Source: an uncultured SAR86 cluster bacterium
GTDB lineage: Bacteria; Pseudomonadota; Gammaproteobacteria; Magnimaribacterales; TMED112
NCBI GenBank assembly: GCA_902563885.1
Contig: CACEYZ010000001.1
Span: 40,013 to 104,012, forward strand
Length of the DNA: 64,000 bases
Direction of reading: 5' to 3'
A program made the translations under genes and the position numbers. Shown in pieces: positions 33,098-43,603 of the stretch. How positions within the stretch are numbered: position 1 is the first letter of the stretch; the number at the start of each line of letters is the position of its first letter. Under the pieces are notes generated by a model. It had not been told where the DNA came from. It ran no database searches and saw only the letters and a list, made by a program, of their open reading frames with translations.

Positions 33098-33993
33098 TGC
33101 CTTCTGATTCAAAACTTCTTATTGAAAGCTTCTTAGATTCAATTTGGCTTGAAAAAAACGTATCACAGAACACTCTTCACTCTTACAGAAATGACTTGAT
33201 TAAATTTGAATCCTTTTTATCAAAAGGAGGCAAAACTGTTTTAAACGTTGATCATCTTACAATTCTTTCTTATTTAAGTAATCTCTTGGATAATGGATTT
33301 TCCTCAAAGACAATATCAAGAAATATTTCATCAATGAAATCATTTTTTAAATATTTAATAAGCTCAAAACATATTGATGTAAATCCCACAGCCAACATTG
33401 ATTCTCCTAAATCAGGTCTTTTTTTGCCAACAACCCTCGATGTCGACGAAGTTGATAAAATTTTAAATTCGCCTAAAGAAACTCATTACATCGAGTTAAG
33501 AGATAAGGCTATTTTATATATGCTTTATGCTACAGGTATGAGAATTAGTGAATTAGTAAATCTTGCTAAACATAATCTTGATTTAAATAGAGGGTCAGTA
33601 AAAGTTTTTGGTAAAGGTGGAAAAGAGAGATTAATTCCCTTATCAGAAAAATCAGTTGAAATGTTAAACAAATACTTATCTTCATCTAGGGATATCCTTT
33701 GTAAGGATAGAGATCACATAAATATATTTCTCTCAACTCATGGACGACAGATTACAAGACAAAGCATTTGGCACAGAATTAAGGTTTATATCAAGAGAGA
33801 GGGAATCAAGAAAGAGGTTTACCCACATACTCTAAGACATGCTTTTGCGACTCATATGCTTAATAATGGTGCAGATCTTAGGTCTGTACAGCTTCTTCTA
33901 GGCCATGCTGATTTATCTACCACCCAAATTTATACGCATGTTGCTCAATCTGAAATAAAAAATTTACATAAAAAGCATCACCCGAGGGGATAA
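33097..33993 (+). CDS. xerD: site-specific tyrosine recombinase XerD
   Basis: FLDSIWLEKNVSQNTL.SYRNDL N-terminus typical of XerD. Catalytic R..HxxR..Y residues (LRHAFATHML, LLGHADLSTTQIYTHV). GTG start overlaps the rplS stop. Confidence 0.92.
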   Translation: MPSDSKLLIESFLDSIWLEKNVSQNTLHSYRNDLIKFESFLSKGGKTVLNVDHLTILSYLSNLLDNGFSSKTISRNISSMKSFFKYLISSKHIDVNPTANIDSPKSGLFLPTTLDVDEVDKILNSPKETHYIELRDKAILYMLYATGMRISELVNLAKHNLDLNRGSVKVFGKGGKERLIPLSEKSVEMLNKYLSSSRDILCKDRDHINIFLSTHGRQITRQSIWHRIKVYIKREGIKKEVYPHTLRHAFATHMLNNGADLRSVQLLLGHADLSTTQIYTHVAQSEIKNLHKKHHPRG

Positions 33994-34703
33994 TGAGGCG
34001 CTACATTTTTATATTTACATCACTTTTTTTCTTAAATATTTTTTCTGATGAAGAAGTAGAGAAAAAGATAAAAGCGTTACTTCCAAATGATTTGACGATT
34101 AATTTTATAGATCAAGCAGAGCTAGATGGTTTTTTTGTTGTGAACGTAGACAATAATCAAATTCTATTTATTTCAAAAGATTTTGAATATTTTTTTGTTG
34201 GAGATCTACTAAAAAAAAGATTAGATCAGGGTTACGACTCCTTAAATATAAAGTACCGCTCATTATTTGCTCAAAACCTTATAAAGAAGATAAATGAAAG
34301 AGAATTTATACAATTTAAATCTCCGAAGGAGATTACTGAAATTACAGTTTTTACCGACGTTTCTTGTGCCTATTGCAGATTAATGCATAGCCAAATAGAT
34401 AATTATCTTGACTTGGGAATTACTGTAAATTATCTTGCATTTCCTCAAGATGGTCTTGTGGGAGAAGTATTTGAGGATATGCAGAAACTTTGGTGCAGTG
34501 ATAACAGGAATGTAGCTATTACTGAATTAAAGAAAGGGAATGATATTGAAGCAAACGCATGCACTAACCCTGTCGAAGACCATTTTAAAACTGGAAGATT
34601 GATTGGAGCTACAGGTACTCCTACAATAGTATTAAGCGATGGAAGAATAGTGCCTGGTTATATACCAGCAGAAGAATTGATAGAAATTATAATAAATGGA
34701 TAA
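33993..34703 (+). CDS. dsbC: thiol:disulfide interchange protein DsbC family
   Basis: Signal peptide, N-terminal dimerisation domain, and thioredoxin fold with active site CAYC. Follows xerD as in E. coli. Confidence 0.82.
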   Translation: MRRYIFIFTSLFFLNIFSDEEVEKKIKALLPNDLTINFIDQAELDGFFVVNVDNNQILFISKDFEYFFVGDLLKKRLDQGYDSLNIKYRSLFAQNLIKKINEREFIQFKSPKEITEITVFTDVSCAYCRLMHSQIDNYLDLGITVNYLAFPQDGLVGEVFEDMQKLWCSDNRNVAITELKKGNDIEANACTNPVEDHFKTGRLIGATGTPTIVLSDGRIVPGYIPAEELIEIIING

Positions 34704-35791
34704 ATCTGAGATTTTATTAGACTTAAATAAAATAGCTAAGAGAATTGGCGAACTCAGGGGGTTCCTTTGACCCTGATTCTCTTGTAGGGCAACTACAAAT
34801 TCTTAATCAAAAGTTAGAAGATCCTGAGATTTGGAAAGATCACATAAAAATAAGCAAGCTAAATAAAGAAAAAACCGAGAAAGAAACTAAACTTAGTGAA
34901 TTTAAAGGGATTGAAGAAAAATTTAATGATATAGAAGAGACGCTAAAAATATCATTTGAAATTAACGAAGAAGGTGAAATTCCAAAGCAGTTAAAAGCTC
35001 TAACTTTACTTGAATCTCAAATTGATGATCTTGAAACAAAAAGATACTTCTCTAAAAAAAATGATCTAGCAAATGCTTTTGTAGATATTCAATCTGGATC
35101 TGGCGGAACTGAGGCACAAGATTGGGCAGAAATGTTATATAGAATGTATACACGTTGGGCAGAGGATATGAATTTTGAAATAAAGGTCGAAGAATTTTCA
35201 CCTGGAGAAGTTGCTGGCATCAAAAGTGCAAGTATTAATATTTCTGGAAACTATGCCTACGGCTGGATGAGAACTGAGACCGGGATACATCGTTTAGTTA
35301 GAAAATCACCTTTTGATTCAGGAAGTAGGCGTCATACATCTTTTGCTGCTGTTTTTGTATCTCCAGAAATTGATGATGAAATAGATATTGAGCTTGATAT
35401 GTCAAAGGTCCGAATTGATACATACAGAGCATCTGGTGCTGGAGGCCAGCATGTCAATAAAACAGATTCTGCAGTGCGATTAACGCATGAACCAACTGGG
35501 CTAGTAGTTCAATGCCAATCACAAAGATCACAGCATCAAAATAAAGACAGGGCTATCAAGCAGCTAAAATCAAAGCTATATGAATTAGAAATTCAAAAAA
35601 AAGAACAGGAAATTCAAAAACTAGAGGATTCAAAGACAGACATAGGATGGGGGAATCAGATTAGGTCTTATGTTCTTGATCAGTCAAGAATTAAAGATAT
35701 AAGAACAAAGCATGAAGAAACAAATACCCAAGCAGTTTTAGATGGTAAAATTAATAACTTCATAAAGGCAAGTTTAAAAAATGGATTCTAA
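34696..35791 (+). CDS. prfB: peptide chain release factor 2 (programmed +1 frameshift at 34765-34771)
   Basis: The zero frame, MDKSEILLDLNKIAKRIGELRGFL, ends at an in-frame TGA (34768-34770). The +1 frame continues DPDSL... and contains the SPF and GGQ motifs. Coordinates are a join of 34696..34767 and 34769..35791. Confidence 0.95.
34756..34771 (+). promoter_or_regulatory. prfB autoregulatory +1 frameshift site
   Basis: AGGGGG TTC CTT TGA C: an internal Shine-Dalgarno-like AGGGGG three nt upstream of the slippery CTT-TGA-C. This is the classical RF2 recoding signal. Confidence 0.93.
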
Positions 35792-37247
35792 AGATTTAAC
35801 AAAGGTGCAAAAAGACAGAGAGGAAAAACTTAAAATTCTTAGAGAAAAAGGTTTTAATTATCCAAATAAATTTGAAAAGAAAGATTATCTAGGCGAGATT
35901 TCATCAAAATTTAGCAAAAGTTCAAAAAGCTCACTTGAGGATAAAAAAGTTTCCATATGCACAGCAGGCAGAATAGTTCTGAAACGTGTTATGGGTAACG
36001 CAGCTTTTATGACGCTAGAGGATAGTTCTGGAAGGTTACAGATTTTTTTATCTAGAAATAAACTAAATGAAAAATTAGATGAAGCCAAAGACTTAGATTT
36101 AGGCGATATCATTGGAGTTAAAGGTATTTTGTTTAGAACAAATACTGATGAACTTACAGTAGATCTTGATTCTTTCGAGCTGTTAACAAAATCACTTAAA
36201 CCAATGCCAGAAAAACATAAAGGATTAACAGATATAGAAACTATTTATCGTAAACGCTATTTGGACTTAATGAGCAATCCTGAATCAAGAGAAGTGTTTA
36301 TAAAAAGAAATAAAATTATTAAGTCTCTTCGAACAAATCTTGAATCTAACGGATTTTTAGAAGTTGAAACTCCAATGATGCATCCAATACCAGGAGGAGC
36401 AAATGCAAGACCTTTTGAAACTCATCATAATGCATTAGATAAAAAACTTTACCTTAGAGTAGCCCCAGAGCTATATTTAAAACGACTTCTTGTTGGAGGA
36501 TATGAAAAGGTTTTTGAAATCAATAGAAATTTCAGAAATGAAGGTATTTCGACAATTCATAACCCTGAATTTACTATGCTCGAATTCTATGAAGCATATG
36601 GAGATTTACAAACAACTGCAAAATTTATCCAGAAATTGATTCAAGATAGCATCCTTGCCGTCAATGATTCATTGAAAATTACTTATGATCAAAAAAATAT
36701 TAATTTTGAAAAAGACTTTGAAATAAGGTCACTCAAAGAGTTAGTTAAGGAAGAGCTAAATGTTGAATCTTTAGAGAATGAAGAGGATATATTTGATCTT
36801 GCAAAAAAGAAAAAAATAAAAATAGAAAAAAACTGGGGTTGGGGTAAAGTGCTTCTTGAGCTATTTGAAAAGTTTGTTGAGAAAAAATTATGGCAACCAA
36901 CTTTTGTTAAAGATTATCCTTTTGAGGTGTCTCCTTTATCTAGAAGAAAAGATGAAGAGAAAGAATTTACTGATAGAGTTGAGCTATTTATTGCAGGTAA
37001 AGAATTTGCAAACTTTTTTAATGAGTTGAATGATCCTCATGATCAAGAACAGAGATTCTTAGATCAAGTTAAACAAAAAGACTCAGGAGATGACGAGGCA
37101 ATGTTCTTTGATGATGACTATCTTGATGCTCTATACCATGGAATGCCTCCAGCAGTAGGTGTAGGTATCGGTATAGATAGATTGATTATGCTTGCAACTG
37201 ATAAGACATCAATTAGGGATGTAGTTTTTTTTCCTACTTTAAAGTAA
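35781..37247 (+). CDS. lysS: lysine--tRNA ligase, class II
   Basis: OB-fold anticodon-binding N-domain and class II motifs (FRNEG, GLGIGIDRL-like GVGIGIDRLIML). prfB-lysS synteny. Confidence 0.96.
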   Translation: MDSKDLTKVQKDREEKLKILREKGFNYPNKFEKKDYLGEISSKFSKSSKSSLEDKKVSICTAGRIVLKRVMGNAAFMTLEDSSGRLQIFLSRNKLNEKLDEAKDLDLGDIIGVKGILFRTNTDELTVDLDSFELLTKSLKPMPEKHKGLTDIETIYRKRYLDLMSNPESREVFIKRNKIIKSLRTNLESNGFLEVETPMMHPIPGGANARPFETHHNALDKKLYLRVAPELYLKRLLVGGYEKVFEINRNFRNEGISTIHNPEFTMLEFYEAYGDLQTTAKFIQKLIQDSILAVNDSLKITYDQKNINFEKDFEIRSLKELVKEELNVESLENEEDIFDLAKKKKIKIEKNWGWGKVLLELFEKFVEKKLWQPTFVKDYPFEVSPLSRRKDEEKEFTDRVELFIAGKEFANFFNELNDPHDQEQRFLDQVKQKDSGDDEAMFFDDDYLDALYHGMPPAVGVGIGIDRLIMLATDKTSIRDVVFFPTLK

Positions 37248-38225
37248 ATCTTTAACAAGCTCTCTTTCTTCAACTAATTCATTTGAAGTCAAGGCTATTC
37301 TTGATTTGGCAAATTCACTTAAAGAGAAATCTCTTACAATATTAATATTTCCCATGCCATCTGATGTAAGAGGGAATCCAGAAAAAACTCCTTCAGCTAC
37401 TCCATATGAACCATCACTAAGTATTGCAGCATTAAAAACATCACCAGATCTGGTTGGGTTCTCTACTGAAGAAACTGTTTCACATGCAGCTCGTGCAGCG
37501 GATGAGGCAGATGAGGCTCCTCGGGATTTTATAATTTCTGCACCCCTTTGCTGAATTTTTGGAAGGAACTTATGTTCAACCCAATCATGATCATTTATTT
37601 TTTTATAAATAATTTCTCCATCTAGCAAAGCATTCTCTAAATCTGGAAACATAGTAGGGCTATGATTACCAAAAATGGCAAGCCTATATATATCATCCAC
37701 ATGCACTTGAAGTTTCAAAGCAACTTGAGCTTTTGCTCTTAATGCATCGAGCATAGTCATTGCCATCCATTTTTGTGATGGATTATTTGCATTAGTGCAG
37801 CCAATAAGAGCATTTGTATTTGCTGGATTGCCAACAACAAGAATTTTACATGAATCTTTTGCTTTTGAACCTATAGCTTTTCCTTGTTCCGTAAAAATCC
37901 CTCCATTTATTTTTAGAAGATCTGCCCTTTCTTTTATCTCCTTACCATTTAGGACTATCCCTCTCGGAATTGAGCCAACAAGTAAACACCAATCAGCATC
38001 TTCAACTGCAGAGTTGATGTTGTCATGCACTGAAATGGAACTAATATTTGAATAAGCGGAGTCTTCAAGCTCTTTAACAAAACCTGATAGTTTCTCCATT
38101 GCTGAGGGAATTTCTACAAGTGAGAAGTCAATTTTCTCATTACTCTTAAAAATTCCATTTTCACAAAGAAACGGAATAAGTGAATAAGATATTTGTCCAG
38201 CAGCTCCTGTTACAACAACTTTCAT
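37239..38225 (-). CDS. mdh: malate dehydrogenase (LDH-like MDH type 2)
   Basis: MKVVVTGAAGQISYSL N-terminus, VGNPANTN, and the WGNHS-type FGNHSPTMFPD motif. 328 aa. Confidence 0.93.
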   Translation of the reverse strand: MKVVVTGAAGQISYSLIPFLCENGIFKSNEKIDFSLVEIPSAMEKLSGFVKELEDSAYSNISSISVHDNINSAVEDADWCLLVGSIPRGIVLNGKEIKERADLLKINGGIFTEQGKAIGSKAKDSCKILVVGNPANTNALIGCTNANNPSQKWMAMTMLDALRAKAQVALKLQVHVDDIYRLAIFGNHSPTMFPDLENALLDGEIIYKKINDHDWVEHKFLPKIQQRGAEIIKSRGASSASSAARAACETVSSVENPTRSGDVFNAAILSDGSYGVAEGVFSGFPLTSDGMGNINIVRDFSLSEFAKSRIALTSNELVEERELVKDLL

Positions 38226-38315
38226 AGATTAAAAATTATCTCTATTCTATGTTTACTTGTATCTTAATTCCATTAGAATTTACATTCTGAAGATAATTTT
38301 TTAAGGAGACAACTC

Positions 38316-39233
38316 ATGTCATTAGATTTCGAAGGTAAGGTAGCAATAGTAACAGGTTCCGGTGGCGGTATAGGAAAAGGATATGCACTAGAATTAGGAA
38401 AAAGAGGTGCAAAAGTAGTCGTTAACGATTTAGGAGGGGCTGTAGATGGTTCAGGGGGCTCTCTTACAGCTGCAGAAACTGTTGTAAAAGAAATTCAAGA
38501 TAACGGTGGAGATGCAATGGCAAATGGGGCTAATGTCTGTAATCAAGATGAAGTAAAGAATATGGTCGAACAAGCAATGGAAAAATGGGGCAGAGTGGAT
38601 GTTCTTGTGAATAATGCTGGAATTTTAAGAGATAAATCATTTGCAAAAATGCCTTGGGAAGATTTCGTAACAGTAGTGAACGTTCATTTACTTGGCTCAG
38701 CATTGTGCGCACATACAGTTTTTCCAATAATGAAAGAACAAGAGTATGGAAGAATAATTATGACTTCATCGTCTTCAGGATTATTCGGAAACTTTGGACA
38801 AACAAATTATGGTGCAGCAAAGATGGGTGTTGTTGGTTTAATGAATACATTAAAACTTGAGGGTGCAAAATATAATATACATACAAATGCTATAGCCCCT
38901 ACAGCTACAACAAGAATGACAGAAAGCCTTTTCCCTGATGATTTTAAAGATAAGCTTGATCCAAAATACATTATTCCTGCAGTTATTTTTCTCGCAAGTG
39001 AAAAAGCTCCTAATGGTGAAATTTTGCAAGCAGGAGCAGGTGTAATTGCTAATACATATATCATGGAAACTATGGGCAAGTATTTCGGTACTGATGAAAG
39101 TTTTAATGCTGAGTCAGTTGCAGAGCATTGGCTAGAAGTTTGCGATAATAAAGATGCAAGACGTCCACTTCAAGGAGGGGATGTAGCAATTAAGCATTTT
39201 GAAACAATTGGGAAAGCTGAACAAAATAAATAG
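38316..39233 (+). CDS. short-chain dehydrogenase/reductase, MFE-2-type 3-hydroxyacyl-CoA dehydrogenase-like
   Basis: TGSGGGIG cofactor motif, NNAG, and a catalytic S...YxxxK (YGAAK). VVVNDLGG..DG.G resembles the multifunctional enzyme type 2 dehydrogenase domain. Confidence 0.7.
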   Translation: MSLDFEGKVAIVTGSGGGIGKGYALELGKRGAKVVVNDLGGAVDGSGGSLTAAETVVKEIQDNGGDAMANGANVCNQDEVKNMVEQAMEKWGRVDVLVNNAGILRDKSFAKMPWEDFVTVVNVHLLGSALCAHTVFPIMKEQEYGRIIMTSSSSGLFGNFGQTNYGAAKMGVVGLMNTLKLEGAKYNIHTNAIAPTATTRMTESLFPDDFKDKLDPKYIIPAVIFLASEKAPNGEILQAGAGVIANTYIMETMGKYFGTDESFNAESVAEHWLEVCDNKDARRPLQGGDVAIKHFETIGKAEQNK

Positions 39234-39287
39234 TTTCCCAGAAAGCACCGCCATAGTTGCAGACCTACAGCAGTGCAAGCTTAGGAC

Positions 39288-40568
39288 TTAATCAAAATTA
39301 AGAGCACCACCGACCTGGTAATCGATTACTCTTGTTTCAAAGAAATTCTTTTCCTTTTTAAGGTCCATAATCTCAGACATCCACGGAAACGGATTTTCAA
39401 CCCCTGCATACTCTTCAGTAAGACCTATTTGTTGCAACCTACGGTTACAAATAAATTTTAGATACTCTTCCATAACTTTTGCATTCATTCCAAGAACACC
39501 CCTTGGCATAGTATCTCTAGCATATTCAATCTCGAGATTCGTACCTTCGACAATCATATCTTTTGCACGTTTTTTCATATCATCATCCCATAAGTGTGGA
39601 TTCTCGTTGATTATGGTATTTATCACATCAATCCCGAAGTTTACGTGCATAGACTCATCTCGCATAATGTATTGAAATTGTTCACTCACTCCTGTCATCT
39701 TATTCCTTCTTCCCATTGATAATATTTGTGAGAAGCCACAATAAAAAAACATTCCCTCGAGAACACAGTAATATGCAACCAAATTACTTAAGAACTCTTT
39801 ATCTTTTTCAGGGGTTCCAGTTTCAAAAGAAGGATCTTCAAGTTGTTTTGTATATTTCAAACCCCAAGATGCTTTCTTTTCTACACATGGAACTTCTCTA
39901 TACATATTAAAAATTTCTCCTTCATCCATTCCTAAAGACTCAACACAGTATTGATATGCATGTGTATGTATGGCCTCTTCAAAGGCTTGTCTGAGAAGAT
40001 ACTGCCTGCACTCTGGATTTGTGATTAGTCTGTAAACTGCTAAGACAATATTGTTTGCAACTAAGGAATCAGCAGTTGAAAAGAATCCTAAGCTTCTTTT
40101 TACAATCATTCTTTCATCATCTGTTAAGCCATCAGGATCCTTCCAAAGTGCAATATCGGCATTCATATTTACTTCTTGCGGCATCCAGTGATTGGCACTT
40201 CCATCCAAATACTTTTGCCAAGCCCACTTATATTTAAAGGGAACAAGTTGGTTGAGATCTGCCCTTGAATTAATCATGGCTTTTTGCCCAACTTGCACCC
40301 TGCCTTCTAGTACGTCTTGCATTTTTTGTTTTGCAATTTCTAAATCTTCTTCCGTTGGTTCTTTTTTGGTAATGTAATTTTCAAGATCCATCAGATCATT
40401 TGTAACTTCCGGTTTAGAGTTTATTTCTACTTTTGGTGCTGGTTCTACATTCTGAACTGCACTTTGAACTTGAACCTCATTATTCTGAGTTTCTGATACT
40501 TGAGGTTCAGTTTTTTTCTCCTGACTCTCAAGATTTTCGGTTTTTTCTGTGCTATCCCAATCTAACAT
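39288..40568 (-). CDS. nrdB: class Ia ribonucleotide reductase beta subunit with long acidic N-terminal extension
   Basis: [32 protein letters not shown] block, as in Pseudomonas-type NrdB. Di-iron ligands EE.IH and E..H, and a C-terminal tail. Confidence 0.94.
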   Translation of the reverse strand: MLDWDSTEKTENLESQEKKTEPQVSETQNNEVQVQSAVQNVEPAPKVEINSKPEVTNDLMDLENYITKKEPTEEDLEIAKQKMQDVLEGRVQVGQKAMINSRADLNQLVPFKYKWAWQKYLDGSANHWMPQEVNMNADIALWKDPDGLTDDERMIVKRSLGFFSTADSLVANNIVLAVYRLITNPECRQYLLRQAFEEAIHTHAYQYCVESLGMDEGEIFNMYREVPCVEKKASWGLKYTKQLEDPSFETGTPEKDKEFLSNLVAYYCVLEGMFFYCGFSQILSMGRRNKMTGVSEQFQYIMRDESMHVNFGIDVINTIINENPHLWDDDMKKRAKDMIVEGTNLEIEYARDTMPRGVLGMNAKVMEEYLKFICNRRLQQIGLTEEYAGVENPFPWMSEIMDLKKEKNFFETRVIDYQVGGALNFD

Positions 40569-40586
40569 AATATTCTCCTTAAAATT

Positions 40587-43412
40587 TTACTGACATGCCT
40601 CACAATCTGGATCCAGAATGCTACAAGCCTTTGGGGCTTGACTCGCTGCCATATTCTCCTCTCTGTTCGTTTCTACTGCATTTAAACTTCCTTTATCGAC
40701 AGTAGCCTTTTCTGTCGAAGTAGCTCCTATTGCTCTCAAGTAATATGTTGTTTTTAGTCCTTTGTACCATGCCATTTTGTAAGTGTTATCTAGTTTTTTC
40801 CCATCTACATTACTAATATATAGATTCAAAGACTGCGCTTGGTCGATCCACTTTTGTCGACGACTTGCTGATTCAACTATAAATTTTGGTTCAACCTCGA
40901 AAGCAGTTTGAAACATATTTTTTATATTTTTAGGAACCCTATTAATGCTTGCTAATGATCCCTCTGAGTACTTTAAATCTGCTATCATCACGTCGTCCCA
41001 AAGCTGTTCTTTTTTCAGCTCTTCAACAAGGTATGGATTAATAACAGTAAATTCTCCAGATAAATTGGATTTAACATATAAGTTTTGGTATGTAGGCTCA
41101 ATACACGGCGATACTCCAGTAATATTGGCTATTGTCGCAGTTGGAGCTATAGCCATTACATTTGAGTTTCTCATGCCATGTTTTTTTACCTGATCCCTAA
41201 CTTTCTTCCAATCAAGCTTGGCATCAGTATTTTGGTCAATAAAATCCGCACCTCTCTCTTCAGCAAGAATTTTTATCGAGTCTAATGGGAAAATTCCTTG
41301 ATCCCACAAAGACCCTGCATAACTTTCATATGTTCCTCTCTCTTCAGCTAGCTCGGCTGACGCCTGAATAGCAAAATAGCTTATAAGTTCCATAGACTCA
41401 TCAGCGAAATTAACAGCTTCTTCTGAATTGTATGGGATGTTTAGTTTGTACAGTGCATCTTGAAAGCCCATCATTCCCAACCCAATAGGACGATGTTTTT
41501 TATTTGAGTTTTCTGCTTGCGGTACTGGATAGTAATTAATATCTATCACGTTATCTAACATTCTTATTGCTGTTTTAACTGACGATTTCAATTGCTCGAC
41601 GTTAATTTTCCCATCTTGTATGTGTTGGGGCAAGTTAATGCTGCCTAAGTTGCAAACTGCAATTTCATCTTTATTTGTGTTCAGTGTTATTTCTGTACAA
41701 AGATTTGAGGAGTGTACTGTGCCAACATGCCCTTGTGGTGATCTTATATTGCATGGGTCTTTGAATGTAATCCATGGATGTCCAGTCTCAAAAAGCATTG
41801 TTAAGATTTTTCTCCATAAATCTTCTGCTTTGATTTTTTTGAAAAGCTTAATCTCACCTGAAGCGGCAAGTTTTTCATAGTCTTCATATTTCTTCTCAAA
41901 CTCTTTACCATACAAATCATGTAGTTCAGGTGCATCAGAAGGTGAAAATAGTGTCCATTCCTCATTTTTCATCAGCCTCTTCATGAATAAATCAGGAATC
42001 CAGTTTGCTGTATTCATATCATGAGTTCTTCTTCTGTCGTCTCCAGTATTTTTCCTTAATTCAAGAAACTCCTCTACATCTAGGTGCCAACATTCCAAAT
42101 AAGCACAAAAGGCGCCCTTTCTTTTACCACCTTGATTAACAGCAACAGCTGTATCATTTGATACCTTTAAGAAAGGAACAATGCCTTGGCTTTTCCCGTT
42201 AGTACCTTTGATTCTTGAACCGAGTGCTCTTACATTTGTCCAATCATTCCCTAAACCACCTGCCCATTTTGATAACATTGCGTTGTCGTGTATCGCACCA
42301 TAAATCCCACTTAAATCATCAGGAACAGTTGTTAGATAACATGAAGATAATTGTGGTCTTCTTGTACCGGAGTTAAACAATGTAGGAGTAGAACTCATGT
42401 AATCAAAACTTGAGAGTAATTTATAAAATTCCTCAGCTTTGTCGTTCTTATCTTTTTCATCTACAGAAAGACCCATAGCCACTCTCATCAAGAAAACCTG
42501 AGGCATTTCATATCTTGTATCCTCGTGGGTAATAAAATATCTATCGTAGAGAGTTTGTAGGCCTAAAAATGTAAAATTAAGATCATTTTCTGCTTTTATA
42601 CTTTTCCCCAGCCTGTCTAAATCAAAGTCTTTTAACCTTTCATCTAGGAACTCAAGCTCAATACCCCTTTCTATCGAGCCCACTAAGGCTTTTTGATACA
42701 TTTTTGATCTGTCCTTTTTTATTGATGTATCAATATCTAAAAAACGTAATACCTCATTTTCAATATCATCTAATAGCAGTCGAGCTGTTACAAAGGAGTA
42801 GTTTGGTTCTTTTTCTACAAAGGTTCTAGCTGCAATTAAAATGCAGTTTGAAAGATCTTCTTCTGATATTCCTTCGTATGCTGTAGCTCTAATAGCTTCA
42901 ATTAGCTCTTCTGGATTTACATCAACCAGCCCTTCGCAAGCTTTATGCACTTTGCTTTCGAACCCTTCGCTTACTTCATTATTTGAGCTTTCTTCATATT
43001 TTTGTGATGTAGTCTCACGTTTTAGCTGTTCCTCGTTTCTTTGATTTTTTCTTTCCTCTCTATAAAGAACATATGATCTTGCAACTTTTTGATGCTCATT
43101 TCTCATTAATTGCAACTCGACCTGATCTTGAATGTCTTCTATATGAAGTGACCCCCCAGAAGGCATTCTTCTTTCAAAAACAGAAACGACATCATCAGTA
43201 AGCTGTTCTACCTGATCATGTATTCTTGTTGAAGCAGCGGCAGAACTTCCCTCAACAGCTAGAAAAGCTTTCATAATTGCAACTTTGATTTTTTCTCTAT
43301 CAAAGGCAACAACTTTGCCGTTTCTTTTCATTACTCGCATCTTTCCAGGTTTGAGTGCGAAGTTAGGAGAAAGCTCTTCTTTTGTTCCTGTTTCTGTTAT
43401 CTGTTGTTCCAT
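40587..43412 (-). CDS. nrdA: class Ia ribonucleotide reductase alpha subunit
   Basis: ATP-cone N-terminus, catalytic NLCTEI and C-terminal CxxC (CEAC). The start is moved to MEQQITE (43412), because the 28 extra codons of the track ORF run through the NrdR operator boxes. Confidence 0.93.
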   Translation of the reverse strand: MEQQITETGTKEELSPNFALKPGKMRVMKRNGKVVAFDREKIKVAIMKAFLAVEGSSAAASTRIHDQVEQLTDDVVSVFERRMPSGGSLHIEDIQDQVELQLMRNEHQKVARSYVLYREERKNQRNEEQLKRETTSQKYEESSNNEVSEGFESKVHKACEGLVDVNPEELIEAIRATAYEGISEEDLSNCILIAARTFVEKEPNYSFVTARLLLDDIENEVLRFLDIDTSIKKDRSKMYQKALVGSIERGIELEFLDERLKDFDLDRLGKSIKAENDLNFTFLGLQTLYDRYFITHEDTRYEMPQVFLMRVAMGLSVDEKDKNDKAEEFYKLLSSFDYMSSTPTLFNSGTRRPQLSSCYLTTVPDDLSGIYGAIHDNAMLSKWAGGLGNDWTNVRALGSRIKGTNGKSQGIVPFLKVSNDTAVAVNQGGKRKGAFCAYLECWHLDVEEFLELRKNTGDDRRRTHDMNTANWIPDLFMKRLMKNEEWTLFSPSDAPELHDLYGKEFEKKYEDYEKLAASGEIKLFKKIKAEDLWRKILTMLFETGHPWITFKDPCNIRSPQGHVGTVHSSNLCTEITLNTNKDEIAVCNLGSINLPQHIQDGKINVEQLKSSVKTAIRMLDNVIDINYYPVPQAENSNKKHRPIGLGMMGFQDALYKLNIPYNSEEAVNFADESMELISYFAIQASAELAEERGTYESYAGSLWDQGIFPLDSIKILAEERGADFIDQNTDAKLDWKKVRDQVKKHGMRNSNVMAIAPTATIANITGVSPCIEPTYQNLYVKSNLSGEFTVINPYLVEELKKEQLWDDVMIADLKYSEGSLASINRVPKNIKNMFQTAFEVEPKFIVESASRRQKWIDQAQSLNLYISNVDGKKLDNTYKMAWYKGLKTTYYLRAIGATSTEKATVDKGSLNAVETNREENMAASQAPKACSILDPDCEACQ

Positions 43413-43459
43413 ACCACTATGTATTCTTCTATAGATATGATTTACATTCAAGTATTTCA

Positions 43460-43506
43460 ACACAATATGTTGTGTTATTTTTATATTCTTACACAATATG
43501 ATGGGG
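43460..43506 (-). promoter_or_regulatory. two NrdR boxes upstream of nrdA
   Basis: ACACAATATGTTGTGT (43460-43475, a perfect 16-bp palindromic NrdR-box type) and ACACAATATGATGGGG (43491-43506, half-site conserved). Centres are 31 bp apart, the typical tandem NrdR spacing. Confidence 0.75.
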
Positions 43507-43512
43507 TTTTTC

Positions 43513-43532
43513 TGTTGATAACTTATGGATAA
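43513..43532 (+). promoter_or_regulatory. two tandem DnaA-box-like 9-mers in the nrdA/serA divergent spacer
   Basis: TGTTGATAA (43513-43521) and TATGGATAA (43524-43532). Each matches 8 of 9 positions of TGTGGATAA, in the same orientation, 2 nt apart. Confidence 0.4.
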
Positions 43533-43603
43533 AATTTTAAATTTTAGCTGGGATGCCTTTGAAATCGTGACTTTAATGTGTATTCTTTAGTTTACAAAAT
43601 TTC

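Noticed and set aside
39234-39287. Relatively GC-rich 54-nt spacer between the convergent SDR gene and nrdB, examined for a terminator hairpin or tRNA fragment
   Set aside because: Only weak pairings of 4-5 bp are present (GCAC/GTGC, TTGCA/TGCAA). There is no U-run and no tRNA-like arms. Nothing can be supported.
43413-43496. 28-codon N-terminal extension of nrdA in the ORF track (MCKNIKITQHIVLKYL...)
   Set aside because: It is translated through the NrdR operator palindromes. The conserved NrdA sequence begins at MEQQITE.
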